Shown piece after piece: positions 41,822 to 47,188 of a stretch of DNA of 47,188 nt. The stretch covers positions 1 to 47,188 of the forward strand of contig JAUYJF010000038.1 in the NCBI GenBank assembly GCA_030688685.1, written 5' to 3'. The notes beneath the pieces were generated by a model. It was not told the origin of the DNA. It ran no database searches and worked only from the letters and a program-made list of their open reading frames with translations. The translations under genes were made by a program, and so were the position numbers. Numbering within the stretch: the stretch's first letter is position 1; each line of letters begins with the position of its first letter. Source of the stretch: Candidatus Yanofskybacteria bacterium. Its GTDB lineage: Bacteria > Patescibacteriota > Minisyncoccia > Minisyncoccales > UBA10102.

Positions 41822-42298
41822 TCATATAACTTCTCCTTGCTGAGATTGTAAGAAGTCGTCCCATCCGCTAACACACTTAGCTGCTACCTCCATCACATCG
41901 ACGGGTATTCCAAATTTCCAAACGTCGATACCGAATCTCGGCTCTTTATGCATAAAGTGATCGAAGTAACGTGAGATAGGAGTTGAAATACCAAAACCAT
42001 GATCCACAAAATCATTTTGTGGTTTATATCGATCAATTTTTTGATGCTTTTGCTTATTTGCTAAATCACGACAAAGAGAAAGCCAGGCGCTACGTTCAAT
42101 AAAATTATCGATTGCAATCTGTCTAAATCCGCTTTTTATAAGCCAATCACGCATGTGATAGCATTGAATAAAGAAAGAAGTAAATGAGTCTAAAGCTGTC
42201 TCAAAATTCTCATCGGTAGCAACCGAAAATCGTTCGATGTCTTTTCTTAAGCGCTTTACTCGACTGAATTGTTCTTGGCACGGTAATTTATATTTCAT
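41822..42298 (-). CDS. hypothetical protein (orphan, 158 aa)
   Basis: Intact ORF sitting 25 nt from each neighbour in the same operon. It looks helical, I recognise no family, and it contains CRDLANKQKH (R-x7-H). Confidence 0.55.
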   Translation of the reverse strand: MKYKLPCQEQFSRVKRLRKDIERFSVATDENFETALDSFTSFFIQCYHMRDWLIKSGFRQIAIDNFIERSAWLSLCRDLANKQKHQKIDRYKPQNDFVDHGFGISTPISRYFDHFMHKEPRFGIDVWKFGIPVDVMEVAAKCVSGWDDFLQSQQGEVI

Positions 42299-42323
42299 GG
42301 CGATTTCCTTTGGTATAAATGTT

Positions 42324-43484
42324 TTATCTCTTAAAGAGGTCTAGATATTCGTGCAGGACAAAAATCCGGTTACGGGAAAAGCCGGTTATTTCCTTGAGGA
42401 TACCGACACGCTCCATCTCGCCAACAAGAGTATTGGTCGCTGTGTTTGAAGCGTTAAGATATTTGGAAGCATCGGAAACCTTAAATGCCGGCATGGAAAA
42501 TGATTGCAATAAAAGTTTATGAGCCAGTTTTGCCCGGCGGCCAAGCTCCATAATTTGTTTCTCATAGCTGGCGCGCAGATCAATAATCTTCTCAAATGTA
42601 TCCTTACCTTTCTTAGCTGTCTCAATGACTGCTGAGAGGAAAAAGACCACCCATTGATCCAAGTCGTTCCGTTCGCGCACAAACGTAAGCGCGTCATAAT
42701 ACGCCCCTTTGTTCCTTTCAAAGAAGTCAGAAAGGTAGAGTGTTGGTTTTCGTAGAATTCCGAGCTCAATAAGATGAAGCCCAATAAGCATACGACCAAT
42801 TCTTCCGTTACCATCATTAAAGGGATGGATTGTCTCAAACTGATAATGCGAAATGGCCATCTTAATCAGATGCGGCATATTCAATCCTTTGTTGTGCCAA
42901 AAAAACTCAAGGTCTTTTAAGGCCTCTCCCATATCTTCGGGATGAGGTGGAATGAAGGCGGCCGTCTGAATGCTTGTGCCGCCAATCCAATTTTGCGCGG
43001 TGCGAACTTCTCCTGGCTGTTTGTGTTCGCCACGAACACCAGACAACAAAATTTTATGAGCTTCTTGGAGGAGTCGCATCGAGATTGGAAGTTCGCTAAG
43101 CTGAGCAATGCTTGTATTCATTGCTTTGATATAGTTTTGCACCTCAGTCCAATCGTCTCTTTTTTCTGGGGAGATTTCTTCTTCCGGTAGGACTGCTTCA
43201 TCCATACCGGTGCGAGTGCCTTCAATGCGACTTGATTTGACCGCTTCATTGCGCACGTGCATTTGAATGAAAAAATCCACGTCTGGAACAAGGATGGAGT
43301 AAGCATTCAATTCACCAACAAGCCTGATGGCTTCTTCTAAGAGGACAGGGATTCTTTTGTCTTGCCATTCGTATGGACGATTAACCGGGGATGGCAAAAA
43401 ACTCTGGTATTCGTAGTCTTTGCCCCAGAAATGCCTCTTATAGGCGCCTGCTATAAATTGATTTTGCTGTGGTTTATTTATCAT
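42324..43484 (-). CDS. Fic/DOC-family protein (Fic_N + Fido + C-terminal winged-helix type)
   Basis: Active-site motif [12 protein letters not shown]. An N-terminal inhibitory-helix-like motif SSRIEG fits (S/T)xxxE(G/N). The C-terminus is wHTH-like. A canonical GGAG lies 7 nt upstream of the ATG. Confidence 0.85.
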   Translation of the reverse strand: MINKPQQNQFIAGAYKRHFWGKDYEYQSFLPSPVNRPYEWQDKRIPVLLEEAIRLVGELNAYSILVPDVDFFIQMHVRNEAVKSSRIEGTRTGMDEAVLPEEEISPEKRDDWTEVQNYIKAMNTSIAQLSELPISMRLLQEAHKILLSGVRGEHKQPGEVRTAQNWIGGTSIQTAAFIPPHPEDMGEALKDLEFFWHNKGLNMPHLIKMAISHYQFETIHPFNDGNGRIGRMLIGLHLIELGILRKPTLYLSDFFERNKGAYYDALTFVRERNDLDQWVVFFLSAVIETAKKGKDTFEKIIDLRASYEKQIMELGRRAKLAHKLLLQSFSMPAFKVSDASKYLNASNTATNTLVGEMERVGILKEITGFSRNRIFVLHEYLDLFKR

Positions 43485-43522
43485 AGTTTTACTCCTTCAT
43501 CTAAGTTGAACTATGTATTCCC

Positions 43523-43551
43523 ATATTACCAGATATCTATAAAAAGCGCAA
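43523..43551 (-). promoter_or_regulatory. candidate promoter of the Fic operon
   Basis: On the minus strand: TTGCGC (43546-43551), 17-nt spacer, TAATAT (43523-43528). The ~38-nt leader carries a GGAG SD. Confidence 0.45.
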
Positions 43552-43674
43552 TAAGGAGATGTATATTACGACTTGACACAAAAAGACGCTACAATTGAGC
43601 CTCAGGACTAAGAATGCAAAAACCAGCAAATCAAGCGCTTGCCATGCTTTTCAGCAATGAGACGCAGAGGAATT

Positions 43675-43748
43675 TGGTGGACCCGGCGAGAATCGAACTC
43701 GCGACCCAGCAATGCGAATGCTGTGTAATGCCACTTTACTACGGGCCC
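43675..43748 (-). tRNA. tRNA-Ala(CGC)
   Basis: Acceptor GGGCCCG/CGGGTCC with G3:U70, anticodon loop TTCGCAT. CCA is encoded. Confidence 0.9.
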
Positions 43749-43755
43749 GTTTGTT

Positions 43756-44181
43756 TCAAAACTTCATCTTATCCCCAATGCGTATTCCGTTCCTTTCCGT
43801 CCATCCCGCGTTCACTTCCAGAACATACAAAACAGGAACAGAAGGGATAAGCCTGCCAGGATAGGAATCCGGAGAAACATTCAAAGTAATCTCCACAACC
43901 CTTTTCTCCTTGTCTATCCAGAGAATATCGAGAGGAAAACGCATATCCTTCATCCAAAAACTATGCTTTCCCTCATCCTCAAAAACAAAGAGCATTCCCT
44001 CCTCTTGAGAAAGAGAAGGCCGGGACGAGAGACCCCTGGTCCTTTCTTCCTGGGTATCTGCAATTACTGCGCGCAAAGACGCTTCTCCTACTGAAATATT
44101 CACGGAGGAATCGTCTTGGACAAGGACATGCGCCGATCCCAGAATAAATGCCACCATTACTCCTGTTAAAAGGATTCTCAC
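43756..44181 (-). CDS. DUF192-domain protein
   Basis: Signal/TM N-terminus, then GMLFVFEDEGKHSFWMKDMRFPLDILWID, typical of DUF192. Confidence 0.7.
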   Translation of the reverse strand: MRILLTGVMVAFILGSAHVLVQDDSSVNISVGEASLRAVIADTQEERTRGLSSRPSLSQEEGMLFVFEDEGKHSFWMKDMRFPLDILWIDKEKRVVEITLNVSPDSYPGRLIPSVPVLYVLEVNAGWTERNGIRIGDKMKF

Positions 44182-44187
44182 TTGAGA

Positions 44188-44889
44188 TTACTGTTGCTGC
44201 AGCACTTCGTCAATAACTTGAGAAAATACGGCAAAGGGCTGGGCTCCGGAAATCGTTCTTCCGCCAATGAGAAACCCCGGAGTTCCGGTAATGCCAAAAC
44301 TTCCAGCTTCCGCCCGATCCGCGTCAAGAGCCGCTTGATACCGGCTTCTATTTTGTTCAAGAAGCATGCTGATTCTCTCTGCATCCAGTCCAACCTCTCC
44401 TGCGAGAGCGATAATATCCTGTTCTGACTGCCACTTGCCTTGCTGATCAAACATCGCTATTTGCCAGTCAAGGTATTGGCTGGGAGCTGCCTCCCAAACC
44501 GCTTTTCCAACAATACCCGCTGCCTGAGAAAGAGGGCTCAGAAATTGGAGGTCTTTAAATACCACCTTAAGTTCTCCTGAGTTCACATACTCCTGGATAA
44601 TAAGAGGGAGCGTCTCCTGCTCAAATTTCTTGCAGTAGGAGCACTGAAAATCCAGCCAATAGGCAAGAGTAAGGGGAGCAGTAGGGCTTCCTATGAACGG
44701 CCTGCCTTCTGTCTTTGCCTCTCCAAGATCCCCTCTTGGCTGAGCGCTCTCAGGGCTCCCGGCCACTGACGCCGTCTGGGTCCTTGGGGGTGCTCCAATT
44801 GCATAGAAAATAGCTCCCGCAATAATAAGGCCCGCGGTGAGGATGGCTCCCGGTACCAGAAACTGGTTCTGCCCCTGTGTGTTTTCCAT
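44188..44889 (-). CDS. DsbA-like thioredoxin-fold oxidoreductase, membrane anchored
   Basis: N-terminal TM helix, CSYC (CxxC) active site, and a DsbA-like helical insertion. Confidence 0.75.
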   Translation of the reverse strand: MENTQGQNQFLVPGAILTAGLIIAGAIFYAIGAPPRTQTASVAGSPESAQPRGDLGEAKTEGRPFIGSPTAPLTLAYWLDFQCSYCKKFEQETLPLIIQEYVNSGELKVVFKDLQFLSPLSQAAGIVGKAVWEAAPSQYLDWQIAMFDQQGKWQSEQDIIALAGEVGLDAERISMLLEQNRSRYQAALDADRAEAGSFGITGTPGFLIGGRTISGAQPFAVFSQVIDEVLQQQ

Positions 44890-44945
44890 GTTTTGTTCTG
44901 TACCAGTTTCCTGGAATTTTTTACAATGATTCCTTGTTATAGAGG

Positions 44946-45016
44946 TCAGGGCGGGGTGAATCGAACACCCGCTACAGTCGCCCGAGGACTGCGTACTGCC
45001 ACTATACTACGCCCTG
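44946..45016 (-). tRNA. tRNA-Pro(CGG)
   Basis: Acceptor CAGGGCG/CGCCCTG, anticodon loop CTCGGGC, T-loop TTCGATT. Confidence 0.85.
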
Positions 45017-45022
45017 ATTGTT

Positions 45023-46522
45023 TTACTGGACAAAATACTTCTTCTTCAGTTCTTCGTCAACGCGATCTTGCGTAAGCTGAGCTGATTGTTTCGCTTTTGC
45101 CGCCATATCTTCTAACTCTTGCTCTGAAAGCTTCGCAAGCTCAAAAACTCGCTTTTCAAGATACTCCTTGGTATTGAGCGCAGGATCGTCAAGAACATCT
45201 TCCAGGAGAATTGCCAGGATTGCTCCTATCTTGGGCCCCGGGCCAATCTTGAGCGTTTCCATAATAGTGTCCCCGTTTATCTTGAGCATCTTTGGGCTGA
45301 TAGGATCCTGTCGCACTTTATCTACCATAGCTTTCAAGTAACGCAGGCGGTAGGGCTGCGCTTTGGGAACCCCAGACCCAATCCGATCCGCCTCGCGAAG
45401 CTGAAATAGCTCATCAATATGCTCTGTCCCTACCCTGGCAAGCAGCCGGCGCACCCCTTTCAAAGTTACCGTCTCAGGATCATACACGAACATGTGCTCC
45501 CGCACCAGCAAGGAAACGGTCTCCACAACTTCCTTGGGAAATTTCAGGCGCTCTAAGATCTTCTTTGTCATTTTTGCCCCCACCACCTGGTGTCCGTAAA
45601 ATGTTGAATCAGGCCCCTCTCCCTGCTTTACGCGCGGCTTGGCGACATCATGAAGCAGGGAAGCTAAGCGCACAATGAGATCTTGCTTCTGACGCGCCGC
45701 ATATTGAAGAGATCGGACATTATGCTCCCATACTGTATAAATATGGTGCTTGTTCTGTCCTACCCCATAGCCTTCTTCAAGTTCCGGGAGGAAATGGGAA
45801 AGGAGACCAAGCTGGCGCAGTTCCTCAAGCGCCTCCATGGGAGCATCCGACATGAGAATCTTGATGAACTCATCCCGAATGCGTTCCTGAGAAATCTCTC
45901 GGATAAGCGCGCTGTGTTTTTCTATAGCCTTTCTTGTGGCAGGCTCTATGGTAAATCCCAGGGTCGCAAAGAAGCGTACTGCCCGCATCATGCGGAGCGC
46001 GTCTTCCTGAAAACGCTGGTCAGGATCTCCCACCGCACGAATGGTTTTTGCCTCAATATCCCTCTGCCCTGCAAAAGGATCCAAAACTTCAACTTCCTTG
46101 TCTTTGGCATGGAGGGCAATGGCGTTCATGGTGAAATCACGCCTTGCCAAATCCTCTTCAATGGTTTTTGCGTATTCAATCTGTTCAGGATGCCTCCGAT
46201 CCCCGTATGCAATATCCGCCCTGAAAGTTGTAATCTCAATCTCTTTGAGAGTCGGGTCTTCGCTTTCCGTATGGACAGTCACCGTAAAGAACTTATTCTC
46301 ATAAAAACTTGCGGGAAAAATCTGCTGAATTTCCTCTGGTTTAGCTGAGGTCGCAATATCCCAATCCTTGGGCTTTTTCCCCAAGAAGAGATCCCGCACG
46401 CACCCTCCCACAACGTACGCCTGGTATCCCTTGGCCCAGAGAACTGAGACGGTGTCTTGGACTTCCGTGGGGATATCGTATTTCATCTCTCGTATTCTAG
46501 CGTAAATGCTTGATTCTTTCAA
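45023..46522 (-). CDS. cca: CCA-adding tRNA nucleotidyltransferase with HD domain
   Basis: Head-domain motif GGCVRDLFLGKKPKDWDIAT, RADI..GDRRHP, and a downstream HD motif LLHDVAKP. Confidence 0.85.
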   Translation of the reverse strand: MKESSIYARIREMKYDIPTEVQDTVSVLWAKGYQAYVVGGCVRDLFLGKKPKDWDIATSAKPEEIQQIFPASFYENKFFTVTVHTESEDPTLKEIEITTFRADIAYGDRRHPEQIEYAKTIEEDLARRDFTMNAIALHAKDKEVEVLDPFAGQRDIEAKTIRAVGDPDQRFQEDALRMMRAVRFFATLGFTIEPATRKAIEKHSALIREISQERIRDEFIKILMSDAPMEALEELRQLGLLSHFLPELEEGYGVGQNKHHIYTVWEHNVRSLQYAARQKQDLIVRLASLLHDVAKPRVKQGEGPDSTFYGHQVVGAKMTKKILERLKFPKEVVETVSLLVREHMFVYDPETVTLKGVRRLLARVGTEHIDELFQLREADRIGSGVPKAQPYRLRYLKAMVDKVRQDPISPKMLKINGDTIMETLKIGPGPKIGAILAILLEDVLDDPALNTKEYLEKRVFELAKLSEQELEDMAAKAKQSAQLTQDRVDEELKKKYFVQ

Positions 46523-46538
46523 TAAATTTCAGTATAAT
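46510..46538 (+). promoter_or_regulatory. sigma70-like promoter of tRNA-Arg(UCG)
   Basis: TTGATT (46510-46515), 17-nt spacer, TATAAT (46533-46538), 8 nt before the tRNA. Confidence 0.55.
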
Positions 46539-46546
46539 CTGGGTGC

Positions 46547-46618
46547 GCCCCTGTGGTGAAACGGATATCACGGCAGTCTTCGGAACTGCTATTGAGGGTT
46601 CGAATCCTTCCGGGGGCA
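46547..46618 (+). tRNA. tRNA-Arg(UCG)
   Basis: Acceptor GCCCCTG/CGGGGGC, anticodon loop CTTCGGA, T-loop TTCGAAT. Confidence 0.85.
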
Positions 46619-46623
46619 CACCG

Positions 46624-46652
46624 TTGCACAATTTTGGGTTTTCTCATAGAAT
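46624..46652 (+). promoter_or_regulatory. sigma70-like promoter giving a leaderless mRNA for the pilin-like gene
   Basis: TTGCAC (46624-46629), 17-nt spacer, TAGAAT (46647-46652). 6 nt separate the -10 box from the ATG at 46659. Confidence 0.55.
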
Positions 46653-46658
46653 AGGGAA

Positions 46659-47081
46659 ATGAAGAAGCGTGTGTTCTTCTTTTTGCTTGGGTGCGCAGTC
46701 TTTGGTATTCCAGCAGTTGCCTTTGCTCAGCAAGGTTTAGTTCCGTGCGGAGGCCAGGGAAACCCATGCGAACTCATGGACATTTTTCGGCTCTTGAACA
46801 ATATCATCCGCTTCTTTCTGATCCCGGATCCCAACCTTAATGGCCGCTTTGCGATTGTTCCCCTCCTTGCCACCCTCTTTACCGTCATAGGAGGAGCTCA
46901 CCTGCTTTTAGGAGGAAACAACCCAGGACTTCTCCAGCGGGGAAATGAAATCTTGAAGGCAACAGTGATTGGCCTAGTCATTATCTATGGCGCCTGGCTC
47001 TTTATTGGAGCTCTTATGACGGGCCTGGGAGTTGCGGAATGGACCGGCTTGAGAACCTGGTTTGAAATCATACCAAAGTAG
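46659..47081 (+). CDS. secreted VirB2/TrbC-like (T4SS-pilin-like) membrane protein
   Basis: Signal peptide MKKRVFFFLLGCAVFGIPAVAFA, a Cys pair (CGGQGNPC), and two TM helices flanking LLLGGNNPGLLQRGNEILK. The module matches the one at 4768-5145 and in the C-terminus of 5156-6502. Confidence 0.65.
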   Translation: MKKRVFFFLLGCAVFGIPAVAFAQQGLVPCGGQGNPCELMDIFRLLNNIIRFFLIPDPNLNGRFAIVPLLATLFTVIGGAHLLLGGNNPGLLQRGNEILKATVIGLVIIYGAWLFIGALMTGLGVAEWTGLRTWFEIIPK

Positions 47082-47103
47082 ACGCCAAATTAACGCTGAA
47101 AAC

Positions 47104-47188
47104 ATGGGTGCATCTAAGAACACTCTCAAGAAAAAGGCCAGCACACTCAGAAAAAAGGGGCTAAGCTATAACGAAATCCGCACGAAAG
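47104..47188 (+). CDS. 5' fragment of an ORF truncated by the window end
   Basis: ATG at 47104. It reads MGASKNTLKKKASTLRKKGLSYNEIRTK, basic and possibly the start of an HTH domain. It is too short to assign. Confidence 0.3.
   Translation, partial: MGASKNTLKKKASTLRKKGLSYNEIRTK

Noticed and set aside
1-47188. CRISPR arrays, rRNA genes, transposases/IS elements, integrases and prophage genes.
   Set aside because: I saw no regularly spaced direct repeats, no rRNA-like conserved stretches, and no ORF with transposase, integrase or phage structural motifs on either strand.

Overview
Gene-dense 47.2-kb chromosomal window. By inference from gene content it resembles a reduced-genome, CPR/Patescibacteria-type bacterium: domain-minimised housekeeping proteins, lamin-tail-domain and VirB2-like surface proteins, a type IV pilus operon, and few Shine-Dalgarno sequences. 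Contents: (1) housekeeping genes tsaD, valS, gyrA, S1-like rpsA, ftsH, an rluA-family gene, rplS, infB, rny, clpP, tig, nusA and cca; (2) 19 dispersed tRNA genes, most without encoded CCA; (3) an operon of nrdR, class II (B12) ribonucleotide reductase carrying a 406-aa LAGLIDADG intein, a PduO-type adenosyltransferase and a small membrane protein; (4) a ~9.9-kb translationally coupled operon of histidine kinase, response regulator and type IV pilus assembly genes; (5) three secreted proteins sharing a VirB2/TrbC-like C-terminal module; (6) an AT-rich three-gene island (Fic, orphan, SGNH hydrolase) at the 3' side of tRNA-Ala. The most unusual locus is 25.2-26.04 kb. It holds two diverged, inverted copies of a ~260-300-nt highly structured RNA-like element that I cannot assign to any known family. 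Its helices are maintained by compensatory changes. The copies sit between tRNA clusters and flank a 43-codon hyper-acidic micro-ORF and a strong terminator. All calls come from reading the sequence and ORF translations; no database search was run.
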